45,569 nucleotides of DNA from Seison nebaliae (taxonomy: Eukaryota): the NCBI GenBank assembly GCA_023231475.1, contig JALJEE010000098.1, forward strand, positions 1-45,569, read 5' to 3'. Position numbers and translations under genes: made by a program. Under the pieces are notes generated by a model that did no database searches, had not been told where the DNA came from, and worked only from the letters and a program-made list of their open reading frames with translations. Positions 1 to 14,400 of this stretch are shown here, piece by piece; within the stretch, counting starts at the first letter, position 1; each line of letters begins with the position of its first letter.

Positions 1-1640
1 ACATATTGATTATTTTCAATAAAGGTAAAATTTCAAAACAAGGTAAGTGGATCAATCGTCACATAATTGAACCTAAAGTGGCAAACAAGGACAGATCGAT
101 AGCAGAATAGCAAATCGTTCATAGCAGAATAAACATGATCACACTTGTTATGGAAGTAATACTGTATTGATTCTATTTTCTGTGTTAGTTTAATATTTTC
201 ATAACATACGTCATCGGAATTCCATATAGATTGACGTCATATTTCAGAAAATCGAAACGTTATAAAAAATCAAAAATATACCAGTTTATTAAATTTTATA
301 TTTTGATAAATTACGTTGAATATAGAAATTAAGATAAACATACAACACAGAAATAGTAATAAAGTTACTTAAAACAATTGGAAAAATTTGATAATCAAAT
401 TCGAATATATTAAGCGTAGTCAAATTTCTTATAACGTTTGTAGATGAGTCAACGATGCATTGACCACGGGAAGATGAAGATTGAATTCCTCATTACAATT
501 TTCCATTCTATTGATTAATTTATAGTCTATTTTCGGTTGCATCATCTACAATTAGTTATCACGTCCGCAATTAGTCCTTTATCTAATAAATTTATATTCG
601 TGGAATTATTGAAGAAACGAACTTGAGTCCGAAACGATGATTGCTGAAATATATTTCGCTTCAAGTTTCTCAATTTTAATTGAAGATATAACATCAATTA
701 ATTCTTAATGTAAGTAACGGAGTATCAGCAATCATCCGAGAACGTATCCATCTGAATTTGAATGACGTTGAAGTACTACAAATGGTTTATCCTCCATAAT
801 ACCATTCCAAAAGCAGCAAAGATTATTTTAATGGGTTATTTTTATCTTGCAACGAAATTCATTAGAATTAACAAGACATGTAGTCCCAAACCAAGACTAC
901 CATCATATTCCAATTTTTTTAAATAATAAAGAAAATCTGTGTTAGGTAAAATTGTTCCAATCTCGGGAATTTTATCTGAACATCCATAACCAACGGTAAT
1001 ATCTTTCCTTTTTAATATCTCCATACGGTAGTTTAGTGTATTAAAGATCATTTCTGGAAATCCTAAACTTATGATTGTCATATTATTCATAATGTATATT
1101 ATGAGTATCATAATTATTTCAAACATTTTCGATATTTTGTCGTGAAAAGCGATTTTGGGGAATTCTAATTCGAAATATAATTACATTAGAATGTAATTAT
1201 AATATATTTTTATTTGGATTATGTATGTAACTTTTACTCTCACGAAATAAAGTTGCGAACAGAAGATTTTGGGAATTAGTTTATGGAATTTAATAATCTA
1301 TAACTTCTAATTGATTTATTGAACTTTATAATCTTCATCTTTATCATATAGGACTGGAAAAAAAATTGTAAAACTAAATTTTTATTCAACTTTTATTTTA
1401 ATGTATTAAGTGAAAAAGAAACATAATCTTGAAATTCTTGTTCGAAGCAGAATTAAGACAGAATATTGTATGTGAATAGGATTAGAAGTGGAGTGGAAGA
1501 AGGAAGAAAGATAAATTAAATAATTTATTTTTGGAAAATTGACGGAAAACAAGTTCTCAACGACATAAATAATTTATCTGAAAAAATATTAGTGAAAATG
1601 GACTAGATGTTGTGTAGGAGTTTTTTTAGAAGTTTTCAAT

Positions 1641-3191
1641 TCAAATTCCTGAGTTAATGAATTGTTCTTGTTCGAATAATGATGGAATGGTCATTTCGGA
1701 ATTCATGTGAAATTGAATTGCTTGTGATGTCATATTATCGAATGAATAAGGTAAAGAATAGTGATGTTTATTAAGATCATTTTCACATATACGACTATCT
1801 CCCTCGAAATCTGATCCCATGTCATAGGATAGATAATTCATGGGATTTCCCAATGCTGCTGGTATATGATGTGATTGTTGATCCATTTGAAGATTGAGTT
1901 CGTTATTGTCATTGAAGATTTCCTCATTCGGTGGAAGTAGAATGTTTTCGTTCGTCAAATTTTCAGTGTTAAAACTGTCGTTTTCTATTTGATTAGTGAC
2001 AGAGGAATTTTGAAAATAATTCGCATTTGGAAAATAATTCGAAGTTGACGTTTGTGTGTCTTCCGCATTTGAGAATATTTGACGGTATTCTAAAGGATTA
2101 CAATTAGATTGTTGTACTTGACAATTCATATAAAGTTGATGATGATGATAAAATGGATAATCACCCATGTTCTCCGGTGGGTATTGAGTTAGTTGTACTT
2201 GTTGTTGTTCTTCTTGTTCTTGTTGCGGTGGTAAGATTGGGGCTGACGGTTGATATTGGATATAAGTTCCATCTAAATTATTATGTATTAATGTTCCTTG
2301 ATGTTCATTGTAAATAGGGATATGTGTATTATTCAATTGACTCTCCATCATATCATCGTCCATGTCACCATTTAACAATGGTAATTGATTATTCATATTA
2401 CATATACTATCAGGTGTGGAACCATCATATGGTCCAATGATTAATTGATTATTCTCATAATTCTTCTTGTTCGGTTTCTTTTTACTCTTTTTTATTTTTC
2501 CATTTCCTATTTTTTTCACAACCGGTTTCTTCGGTTTCCCGTCTTTCGGCTTACCATTTTTCTCTTTCGTTTTCTCCCGATTTTTTTTTGGATCCACAAA
2601 CCGTTTTACTCGTCGAAGAAACCGTTCTTGTGAGAAATCGGAAGCAACTTCGGGATGAACACCCCAATAAGCACCTTTGCCACTTTCAGTTTCTTTTCTC
2701 GGAATTCTGATAAAACAATCGTTAAACGATAGTGAATGACGAACGGAATTTTGCCATCTCTCCTTCTTCTCCTGATAAAACGGATATTTGCTCTCGATGT
2801 TATTGTAGATATCAGACAAAGTGGCTCTCTTATCCGGATTACCAAGAATTGCTTCTTGAATCAAATAAATATAACTCTTTTGCGGCTTTTTCAATTGCGT
2901 CTCGTTTCCTTTGTCGCTGATTGATTTATCGAGTTGTTCACAACTAATTGATTCACCTCCAGAATTTGGTGATTTTTCATTGATATCCAATCCACCCAAT
3001 CCGACATAACAATCTTTCGATTCATCCGACGTCAAAGTGTCAAGACGACTGGGCAAATCGGCATATCGGACGTCTTTATAGATAGAGGAATTGATATCGG
3101 GCATTGGAATGAAATTGTCTGAACAATTCTCGTTGATCTGACAATAATCATCAAAATGCTCTTCCCTGAACTGCACATTGTCAAAGGACAT
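1641..3191 (-). CDS. Divergent forkhead-box transcription factor (FoxA-like paralogue), intronless, 516 aa
   Basis: Forkhead domain KPQKSYIYLIQEAI...[21 protein letters not shown]...GKGAYWGVHP...FLRRVKRF. The [10 protein letters not shown] string is shared with the neighbouring FoxA. A Lys-rich stretch and an N/Q-rich tail follow. Confidence 0.9.
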   Translation of the reverse strand: MSFDNVQFREEHFDDYCQINENCSDNFIPMPDINSSIYKDVRYADLPSRLDTLTSDESKDCYVGLGGLDINEKSPNSGGESISCEQLDKSISDKGNETQLKKPQKSYIYLIQEAILGNPDKRATLSDIYNNIESKYPFYQEKKERWQNSVRHSLSFNDCFIRIPRKETESGKGAYWGVHPEVASDFSQERFLRRVKRFVDPKKNREKTKEKNGKPKDGKPKKPVVKKIGNGKIKKSKKKPNKKNYENNQLIIGPYDGSTPDSICNMNNQLPLLNGDMDDDMMESQLNNTHIPIYNEHQGTLIHNNLDGTYIQYQPSAPILPPQQEQEEQQQVQLTQYPPENMGDYPFYHHHQLYMNCQVQQSNCNPLEYRQIFSNAEDTQTSTSNYFPNANYFQNSSVTNQIENDSFNTENLTNENILLPPNEEIFNDNNELNLQMDQQSHHIPAALGNPMNYLSYDMGSDFEGDSRICENDLNKHHYSLPYSFDNMTSQAIQFHMNSEMTIPSLFEQEQFINSGI

Positions 3192-5992
3192 TGTTGAAAG
3201 ATCTGCATGTTAAGTTGGAGATTGAACAAAAGAGAAGAATGACTGAAATTGAAAATGTTTTTTTTTTCCAATTTTTTTTGGCGAAATCGCTTAAAAGGTA
3301 AACATATGAAATGTAAATATTGCCACATTATCTATCGCTCATCAGGACTGTTCAGAACAGTAAATAGAAAGAAATAAGTAAATATTTGTATTAATTCGCC
3401 TATAAAAGAAAAGCAGCCGATTCACACAATGTAAATTTATTTTACTTTGGACGATTTTTCTAGTTTCATTCCCCCTTCCTACTTTCCTTTTCTTTTCAAT
3501 ATTACCAGATCTGATTCTTCGATCGATATAACATATTCTATAAGACGATTTGTCATTCTTTCTCTCCACACAATAAATGAGATAATTGAGAAACGTATCG
3601 TAGGTCGATAGTCACATCAGTCAGTCAGTTCTAGCTGAACGACGACGATTATTCTGAATGTTAAAAAATTCTTTTTTCTTATCAATTACTTCAAACTAAT
3701 TTATGAGATCACTTGAGAAAGGAAATGAAAGAGTGAAAATTGACTTTTCTCAATCTGTTAAATGAGTGTCGAAGTCGCATATGAAATGAATTCGCTTACA
3801 TGATAAGATAGTATGAAACTTTGGATTGGATATTTAAGAGCGAAAATTCACTTGCATCGTAGGGAATGTTCAACTTGTTCAACTTTGAACTTTGTTTGTT
3901 TAAATTTCACCATCCTACTCCACTCGGGTATTTATTAAATAAGTTGAAATATGAATTGTATTTCAACAAAATTTTATGTTAAGGAAATTTATCGAAAATT
4001 CTTTTTCCTCAACTGGTGAGAATGGTGGCAGGTGTTCAATGTCAGACAAGTCAGATAATTAGAGAGTGGTATTAAATGAACGTTGGAAGGTAAGAGAGAC
4101 GATAAATAATCGATGACAAATATTGAATCAAAAGAAGAGGATCTAAAAATTAAACATTCTCCAAGAAAAGATGACCCACCCTAAAAAAGACTTATCATTA
4201 TAATAGTTATCCTATTCTATCTATTGATCCACATCTCCTTTATATTCATATTAGCGACCATTAGTCATCTGATATTGTCACAGATCTAATTCCATCACAT
4301 GGAATCACCGGACTTCCAATTGTACGGATGTAATTAAACATGGAAAATAATTCCGAAATAATCACTTCCAATTCTTCTTTTCAAAAAGTAAATTCACCAA
4401 AATGAACATTTCTCCTTATCTTTTATCGTCACTCGACTGTTAGTACGTACCTCTCGAATCATAAACTATATACATATATCATTGAGAGACAGCTAGTTAA
4501 AGGTGGGGTGGAAGGGGAAACATTTCTTACTCCCAAACAATCGTTGTCCTCTTACAGGAATTATATTATTCTAATAACGTTATCTTCCTATCAGTATATC
4601 AGCAAGTCATTCTCGATGATAAGTTTCAACAACTCAATCGAACATGTGATAAGATGACATTATTCATCGACTAATAAGCGACAGGGTAATAAATAACATT
4701 TATGAATTGTTCCACTATTACTCATGGAGTGGAGTGGAAAAACTGGAATGTTTTTCGTGACAATGAGTCTCATCTATTATCATATTTTTTTCAAAATTCA
4801 TTTCAGTTTTATCATTACTTTTCACTCACGACGGATGGGAAGTGATAATTGAAAAGAGCGCCCATCTTTTCTGACATTCACAATGATATTTCTCTTCCTA
4901 TTTCCCCATCAACCCGATTTAGTCGTTCACTGAAGTTCATCCTCCAAACTTCTCCTTTACCATCTCCGTCCGCTACTATTCCTCTCCATGAATTGCTTGT
5001 GGGAAGGGGGCGAACTATTTAATAATACCATTCCATATGGAATGAAGGTGATATAAATGTTACTTCACAACAAATCGTTAAATTGTAATGGAAATTTTTC
5101 CGTCGTTCTTCCTACCTACCGTTCTTCTATATCACCACAAATCATCAACTTGAACCTGCCAATTAATTAAAATGGATTTAAATGGGAGTCAATTTTTGGA
5201 ATGAATAAATTTTTTTAAAATTTTCTCATCAAATTAAAATTTTAATTTCAAATTAAAGATTTTTCACTTTGAAAGTTTTCATTCAATTTGTTTGTATTTG
5301 TTAACTGTTTTATTTGTAACTATATTTGTAAATGAGCAGAAATAAGAGAATATTTTTTCTTGTTTGTAGAAGAATAAATACTAAAGTTTGTTGTTTAGAA
5401 TTGTTGAAATGAAATAATAAAATTAGAAATGAATAAATTGAAAGGAAATGGTGAAGGAAATTTAAAAATAAAAAAATTTTAAAGTTCATTCATCGACCAA
5501 TATAATTGTGTGAGGAATATTATTTCAAGAGAAATGGAGATTTGGGTTGGAGAAGTTTTATTCGACCTGTCATTCCAATGATTTGACGATTTTGTTAATT
5601 TTGTGGAAATTATGATGTGGTGGATAATAAAAAGAAGAATAATATTTAATCGAATGTAAATGCAACAAACTGAAAAAAAATTAAATTTTTGAAAATGAAA
5701 TCAATTTAGTTGAATGTTGTTGTTGTTGTCGCGTTGTTCGGATAAATAAATTAAAGCGAAGAGTTTGTTTTCGTTAGGGGAGGAGAGGAGTGTGGTTGAT
5801 CGGTTGATGAGAATTGTTGAAGAATAAACTTTATAAACTTCTGGAGAACATTCAATTGATTTCATTCACAATCACTATCGGGTAACAATGAATAGCTATA
5901 AGTCGATGGAACTTCAAAATGAGAAATGACGTTCCCGTTTTATTTATTTGTATAAACGAATAATTAGATTGGAGTAATAAAATAAGATTTTC

Positions 5993-6290
5993 TCATATAC
6001 AAAGACGACGATCAATTTGGAGATAGGACGTTGTATTATTACCTAAACAAATATTCCTTCCATTGTTATCTGCAGTCGTTCCATCCACACTACCCGTACC
6101 GAGACTTTTATTCGTATTAATATTATTATTATTCAAATTATTGTTATTGTTGTTGTTGGTGGTGGTGTCCTCGTAATGCATCGTTAAATGATTTAATGAA
6201 TTCGATGATGGAGGAAATTGTAATAATTCATTGTGTTGAAGATGTTGTTGTTGTTGCTGCTGCTGCTGATGATGGGACTGTTGATGATGT

Positions 6291-6322
<32 letters not shown>

Positions 6323-8445
6323 TTGTTGTTGTTGTACATCAGTTAATAGAGTTGTATATGTATTGGCATCTAACGAATGTGCGTTTTGTTCGTTTTGATA
6401 TAGCGCCCAAACATTCCATAGGTTTGACGGTTCTTGTTTGATAAGATTCTGATTGTAATTGATGAAATCATTGGTCGATTGATCGTTAGACTGATGTTGT
6501 TGCGATGCATAATATTCAGCATTATCTAGAATTTGGTTTGATTGGTTGAAGTTAATTGGTGCATTCTCCAATCTGTCATCGTCATTCATTTTGAGACGTT
6601 TCGAAAATATTTTATTCTCGTCATTACTCTCCTTATCCTCCTCCACATTCTTATGTTTCGATCTTCCTTTCTTCTTACTCTTCTTCACTTCTCCATTCGC
6701 AATAAACGAACTCACATTCTCATTAATCACTCCATTTAATTCATTATTATTATTACCACTGTTATTATTGTTAGTGGCGATGTTGCTATTATTGTTGTTG
6801 TTGTTGTTGTTTGGGTGTTCCACATTATTTCCGTTGAACGATGGAATATTCTGGTTATTCGCACCAGGATTCGATAAGAGAAATAGATTATTAAATAAAT
6901 TCTCATTCTCATTATTCTTCTCTAAAGTTCCCTCATTTGGTCGCTCATTCAAAAATATGTTTGATGGATTTTGGTTACCAGCTAATGCTGTTGCTGACGT
7001 AAGATTGAATGAGTCTCTCGGAATAAAATTATTCAATTCATTTTGTCTCATTTCATTCATCGTATTCTCATCCTCTCCATTATTTATTCCATTCACTTGG
7101 TGTTGTTGTTGTTGATAGATTCTTTCTTCGGTGACTTTATTTTTTATCTCTTCCTCCATTTTTCCATTATTCTCCAATTTCAATTTTTCCATTCCATCTG
7201 GACTGCAACATGGTGTTTGATTATCGCCCGAATCATTCGTATCCGAAATGAAATCTAAGAAAATATAAATAAATATTTAAATTTTTGTAGATTTATTTTT
7301 TTTTGAGTTTTCCTTTTTCACTTAATCGAATTCTCTGAGAGATAAGAGAAATATAAACATAGAGAAATGGTGAAAGGAAAGTTAAGTGGCAATCGATTGG
7401 TGCCGATAGCAATTTTGTCAAAAGCACTTCAATATATTCAATGGACAATCAAGCAAAAAGAAAAAAAAATATGATTCCTATGAAACTTAAGTGGGAAAAG
7501 AAGATGGATAAACAAACCATTTTCGCCATTTCCTGATCCGCCACTATGACCGTTCATTCCATTATGCTCCTGGCGTTTTATCAAACATTTAAATCGTTTC
7601 TGACGTCGAAGATAACATCCGTTCTCGAACATATTTCCCGAATCCGGATGTAGCGTCCAATAACTGCCTTTTCCCGGCCTATCGGGCGATCTCGGCACTT
7701 TCACAAAACAATCATTAAAACTTAACGAATGCCTGATACTATTTTGCCATCGTTGTTGATTCTGACGATAATAAGGGAACAGATCCATGATGAATTGATA
7801 GATCTCGCTCAATGTACACATTTTATTCGGCGACTGTTGTATTGACATGGTGATGAGCGAGATGTAACTATACGGCGGCTTCGCGTGACTATAATTCCTT
7901 CTATAGGCACTGGGAGCCAATGCTGCTGACGTTGGATTCGATAACTGTTCCAACGACGATGTCATATCTTTCAAACAGTTCGATGGTAAAGTTGCTGTTG
8001 ATGATGCATTAATCATCGCCATTGCTGCATGTGCCGCATTGCTATTGTTGAGGACGGCTGCTTGTAAATGTGAGGAGAATGCCGAATTCATCAACATCAA
8101 ATTATTCGCCATCAATTGTTGTTGTTGTTGTTGTTGTGCAGCGAGTGCTTCTGACATAATATCCGTTATTTCTTGTTGAACCGGTTTCGCTGCTGACGAA
8201 TAGAGTTGATGAACGAACGATGGATGTTGTGACGAGAGGAGTTGTTCACCATTCCCGATATTTGTACCGTTTGTTACGTCCATTTCTTTCGTGACTTGTA
8301 GATCATTTGAAACTTTCCCATTCGGTACTTCGGATGGGGAGATTAATATTTGTTGTTCAGCCGATCCATGGCTACTGTTACTGCTGCCGGCTCCACTATC
8401 CAAATCGGCGATATCTTCTAACGTGTTTCGATTGAGATCAAACAT
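5993..8445 (-). CDS. foxA: FoxA/forkhead transcription factor, 2 exons (8445-7518, 7254-5993), ~729 aa
   Basis: Near-canonical FoxA domain [104 protein letters not shown] phase-1 intron 7517-7255 (GTTTGT...CTTAG) joins it in frame to the 399-aa N/Q-rich ORF. The 3' end is uncertain. Confidence 0.92.
6240..6335 (-). repeat. CAA/CAG trinucleotide tract encoding polyQ/H in FoxA exon 2 (polyN tracts also near 6120-6160 and 6740-6810)
   Basis: Runs of (ttg)/(ctg) on the + strand translate to QQQQ...[11 protein letters not shown] on the - strand. Confidence 0.9.
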
Positions 8446-11400
8446 GATTAATTCGGTCGTTCCTCTAAATTAGCAGTAGAACAATGACGAATTATATAAT
8501 CATTGACGAATCGATTCAAAATTGATAATATGATGAAGAAAACTTTTCTGAATAAAGAGGAGGAGAAGAATGATAGATAAAAAAATATGATTTTTTTAAG
8601 AATGAATCGATGCGAAGATGATGGATGGCTGGAGAATTTCATCAGGAGAATTTATTACTTTTAAAATGGCATTCGGAACGGAGAATTCGATTAATTATTC
8701 ATAACTATTCAAATAACTTCAATATGGAGAAATTTATTGAATAAAAATATATGAGAACTCCCAACAATTTGTCTGATAGAGATCGATTCTTGAATTGATA
8801 TTCATCGGCTACTACACATTGTGTTCTTCCAAAACCAATATTGATTTATGGACTAAAATATGACGAACGTTGGCGTATAAGCAAACGTTGATGGGTGGAT
8901 ATATGTTTGATAAAAAATTAGATCATTCGACAGATCCCACAAAAAACATAGGACTCTCACGACGACTTCTTAATGAAATCAATAAACTCATTCGTTCATT
9001 ATGAAACTCTAATGATTCTTTCTTTTTCTTTTTTCCCATCATTCTCGTTCTTTATACTCTCAAACGATGAGAATAAGAAGAAGAAGAAGGATGAGAACAT
9101 TAAATTAAATAAACTTTATATGAAAATTCTGATATTTAATTCTGATATTTCTCCATTTAAATTGAGAATGAAATGAAGAATGAAGTGTAAATTACACTTC
9201 AATTTCACCTTATTCATTCGAATATTTCTCGGTAAACGACAAATGGAAGAGAATGAAGTGCCGCTACCGAAAAATGAGAAGAAGATGCAATAGACATCCA
9301 AAAATCAACCACTCTATATGGGAGAAATGGAATGACATATAAAAAGAAGAATTGTCGCATAGCAGGACAGTGCCAAATTGTTGTTAAGGCGTAGTGTTCT
9401 CTCAACAAATTGGAATGCAGGAAAGTTCAGAAAGTTTAGAAGGAGTTGATGGAATCAATTGGAAGTGCATAAAAAGAGAGAGAGAGAGAGAGAGACGGAT
9501 GACAATAGCGACGAATAATTGGTGAGCGCGAAATACTTTGGTAATTCAGTTCGATTCTCGGAGAAGGAACGAGCAGAAAACTAGAAAAAAACTCTTCGTC
9601 TGTTTATTTAGACAATTAGCGGAAATTAAAGAGTAGATAGAAATGAAAGATACTCCTTCATTTTCGAATGATTGATTGGCTTGTTCTCTTACTAAGGCAT
9701 TCCATCCCAAATTGAAGCAGATGCCGCTTGATACCATTTAAGGAAAGTAGGAAACTATTCGCATATTTTTCTTTTAAAGATTCTTCTTATTCTTGTTATT
9801 AGAAGAAATATTGTAACAATCGTTCAATCAAACAACACCGCATTCACCTAATAACTCTAACGACAACAAACTTGTGCATATTGCACCTCGTCACCGTCTC
9901 TCCTCCCCGACATGAATGGAAGAGGACGCTATCGATTAGCAGCTGCAAATATCGGAAGAAGGAATTATTCTAATGTTCCGATCTACTGTTTGTGCAACGG
10001 ATTAACATAATTCTCGGAATGCTCCTTCTTTCATTCAACTTTTTAATTAGACTTCTCAATTATCGAGCATATCAAAGAGGCGACATATCTCCCATTCTTA
10101 CTCATTTCCGTCATAAAACTAATAAAGCTAAATTGAACTTCCTCCTCAAAATTTTTCAATTAAAATCTCCTTAATATCATCAAGCAAACGCATAAGAAAA
10201 CGGATGAAACTAGAATTATTCTACTTTTTTTACATGATGATACTATTGATGATATGAGACCAATGTAATATGAAACCAGTCGTCTTTCAATATGAATACC
10301 GATAACCTTGACGAAAGTAGATAGTCGTGACAATTCCTTTATGAAGGCGATACCTATTCATTCCAGAGAACAATACGTATAATAATGCTTCTTCGTTTCA
10401 TTGTTGAATGATCGTTTCGTCATACCATCATCATAGATTTATTTTCCATCGTACCGGCTACTTTCTCATTACCTTCGTCCCTTCTTATGAACAGAAAATT
10501 TCCATGAAAACATTCCTCCTCAATGTATCCCCTCCACGAATATTTTCAATTAATTTTTTTCTTAAAAATCAAATAAATTTCACTTCAATACAATTCTCAC
10601 TCAACTTTCAATAAAATCGAACTTTATTTAAACATTTCTCTCCCCCTTAGTGACAGGAACTAGTTGGGAACTCTCTCTCAACACTGAAAAGACCAAAAAA
10701 TTAACAGGGAATAAGCACAATCCATTTAAGAGAAAAGTTTTCCCATTAATTGATTGATAAAGATCATCTTCATCTTATTAATCTTTTACTTTACGGATGG
10801 TGGGACGAAATGTTCAACATTCATTTCGTCACAACAACATCCATCTCAACACACATTAACATGGGAATACGAACGATTATGTTGTAGAGATATTGATCGA
10901 GAATTTTCTGTATATTACGAAAAAGTTTTCTTCGCCTCGAGATGACTGACGAGAAAGACGTAAACGACAATTGATGATGACTATGACGTTAGTTCTTCAA
11001 ACGAATTAAGAAACAACTTTCTACCAAAAATGGATGGCATTGAGGGGAGATGGATGTATATACATACACGTCTGCTGGTAATGGCAGAGGAGAATAACGA
11101 CAGTATTTGTAATCCTCAACTGAAGGTCGAATGTATCTCTTTCAGATTTTTTTTCTCGCAACATCTCGTCGACGACACAAAAAAATTATATATAATATTT
11201 TTACCGTTTTGTTAGTGAATAATTTTATGCAAATAATATTATCGATTGGTATTCGTTAGAAAAAGAAACTTATTAATATTAATCAACGATTCTTTTCCCC
11301 TCCGAGAGAAACTTCCCTTCCCTGAAAACATGAGAAATCATTCGACGAACGAACAAGCAGAAAAAACTGTGTTGTTCGTTTACGAAATTACAATTTCTAA

Positions 11401-14400
11401 TTTATTCGCAACGTTCCCACCTAATTCATTAAAATAACTTTAAAATGAATAAATCAGCTTCTTAAAATTAGAATTAGGTTGTCTCGATTCATTCGAGAGA
11501 TCTATACAATTCCCTTTCTAGAAATTATATTATTATGAGAAATAAGAAATTGGGTGAAAAATAAAAAAATTAAAAGTTCAAATTATTGAGAACTAATGAA
11601 TATTAATCAATAATAATAATAAATAAGTTATTGAATTTAATTAAGAATTTCATGGAAATAATAAAGAAAAGATTCATGAAATAATTATCATACATAATGT
11701 TAAATCAATTACAACGAGAGGGGAGTTTGTTTGGATTGAGGAGGAGGATTGATAAGAATCGATTACTAGAGAGATAAATCAATGTCGAAGATTAATCTTT
11801 TGGGAAGAATGTTGCGAGATAAATATTTAATCACGTTTCGGTGAAATCACCACAAATATTATTCGATTGTAAATTTACTTTCAGCAATCAATAAACGATG
11901 TGGTAAACGTATTTATTGAATAATATTTGATGATGGTTTCAATTCCATTACCCGACAATTATCTCCATCGTATGCATGCTCTATGTCATCTTTCAATTGC
12001 TAACAAATATTGAAACTATTTTTCTCCTCTATTTGAACACTACTAATGTTGTTCGTCTATTGGAAAGTTTGTACAAATACAGTTCCATTTTAATCACCAA
12101 CAATTTCCCCTTTCAAATTTTTTTTGATTGGATTCATATTTTTCCCTCATATAATTCCTTCACGACAACCGCCCAAAGTCAAATTTGAGGAAGTTGCCTC
12201 CTGGTAATTCTGACACACGTTCATGTTCCTTCAAGGAGCCGTTCTTGAAATAATACAAGAACAATTGCTCGAGATTGGGAGAAGAGTCACTTTGGAGAAG
12301 ATGATATAGGAACGTCGACTTCCCTTCTCAAAATGCCTAAAGAAACGATTAATGTCAATTTAAAGTGTCGCCGTTTCTTTTTTTCTTACATAATTCTCCA
12401 ATTTTATAGAAAGAAAATTCACTTGCCTCTTCATCAATTCCAAGTTGAAGAAGTTCGTTTTTTTTGCGATTACACTTTAGTGCAAATTTAGCACGTTCTT
12501 TAAAATAGATTTCCTCCCACCCTCAACTTATTCCTCTTGCACAATTTCTAGAATTACCTCCATTTATTCTGAGAATGATTCCGATGACACATCCGTTTAA
12601 TTTCTTTAATGAGTCATTTATCGATTGAAACGGTAATGTAATGAAAGATTGAAAATTAAAGAAATCTCCGTTAAAGAAGAAGATTCAAATGGCTCGTAGG
12701 AAGAGGAACTGGAAAATTCCTACAAAATAATGTAAACAAGAAATTGAATATAATTGACATGCAGCAGGTCACCTTCTCACAATTTGCATTTGTTAACGCT
12801 TGTGTCAATAAAGGGTGATGAATAGAGCACCCAATCGAAAGTTTCAATACGTTGGAAAGATGATACTGATATGAGTGATGTCGATAATGATGACGGAATG
12901 GAAATAAGAATCTTTTCCTTTATTATATAATTTCACAGAGAATATTCTCGCTAGATTTCTGATATTTTTCCCTCTTTTTTTTTGTAGCGACTAATTGAAA
13001 TGGAAATATTATTATTTCCTTAAAAAAAGTGCGTTGAATGGAAAAGGAAAAGTTTATTTTTTTTCTGATTAATATGTCCGGTTATTTCAGTGGAATGAGA
13101 AAGTTCGTTCGTTGTTGTTGTGGGAGATTCGATTAGATTTCGAAGGAAATTGAAAAGGAATGGGGGGAGGACTAGTCACACTGAAGATTTTTATTTGGAA
13201 TTATCAAGAATAATGTCGTTGACGAAGGAGTCTCGATTAACGACGATAAAGGGAATTTGATGCATCTGAAATGAAGAAAGGGATTGGTTCATTCATAAAT
13301 GAGAATTTTATATATTTCCCCTCCAATTCTCTGTTTGCTTGTCAGTTGGATCGTGAAGAAATGCAAGCAGTTTAGTTGGTGTTTTGTTTGATGTTATTAT
13401 CGAATGAAATGTTGTTGCTGGTGACATTAGACTTTCACTTCTCCATCCTCACATGAGACGTATATATCGTGCATATTCTTTTTGGTCGTCGATCAACTGC
13501 ATAGTGGGAGAAAGATAAAATTATTGGCAGGAGGAGGGAGAAAGGGTAATAAGAGAAAGTTTTTCATTTCTACATATTCTTCTTTATTATTCGATTTAAG
13601 CGGGAGACTCCCCAGTTCAATTGTTATAACCATGACAACGAGAGAGAATAATCATAGTAATTCTATCATAATCAGCGGAAACTCCAATCTCTTCTGCAAA
13701 TATTTGTCTTTCTATTTTTCCAATTAATAATGATTTGTCATGATAATACTAATATTAACAATAATAATAATAAGGGAAATTGCTGCGATGATATTAATGA
13801 TAAGAATAATGGAAATAGGAGATGAATGGAAAACATGGAAGAATAGCGCAGAAAAACTCTCCCAAATTTATCTCCGCTAACTCAGCTACTGCTTTTCATT
13901 GAATCGCCTCTACTATTATATTCGGAATCATTTCCATTTTCAGCCACGAACCATTTCCATCTCTCAATAACAAAATGCATTATCTCTTTTTAAAAACGAA
14001 TCTTCACAAACTACTTCTGAGAAAAATGAAGAAAAACTTATTTTTGTGAAACTTGTAGAAATTGTAGGACAAATCGGAATGGAATTCTTTGGAAAACTTT
14101 CCGATAATAAGGGTCGTCATTTCTAGTACATATATACCTCGTGAACGACGAGGCAATTCACCATCATGTCTTTCCTTTTTCTTGCTCGTCCTAAATGAAA
14201 TCTCGTTGGCAAATATTGGTGACAGAATGAATAGAATGTATCAGAAAAACGTTTTCCTCTAAATGTGCTGTTTACATTTAACTTTTATTTCTTTCAATTA
14301 CAAATAGAAATTCTTCATCAATTTCAACAATTCTCCTCAATACTCGTCGTTGTCGCATAGTATGTGAGTGGAAATGAAATGTTGAAAAATAAATAACACT

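Noticed and set aside
420..1126. 94-aa ORF 842-1126 (-) with a hydrophobic start and coding-like sequence downstream
   Set aside because: No recognisable motif, and every splice I tried met stop codons. It may be a short gene or pseudogene but is not supportable.
2445..2924. Several + strand ORFs
   Set aside because: Antisense shadows of the forkhead CDS.
6196..7258. Hydrophobic poly-V/poly-L ORFs on +
   Set aside because: Antisense reading of the FoxA polyQ/polyN tracts.
7330..7440. Possible cassette exon inside the FoxA intron
   Set aside because: The candidate splice phases do not preserve the frame.
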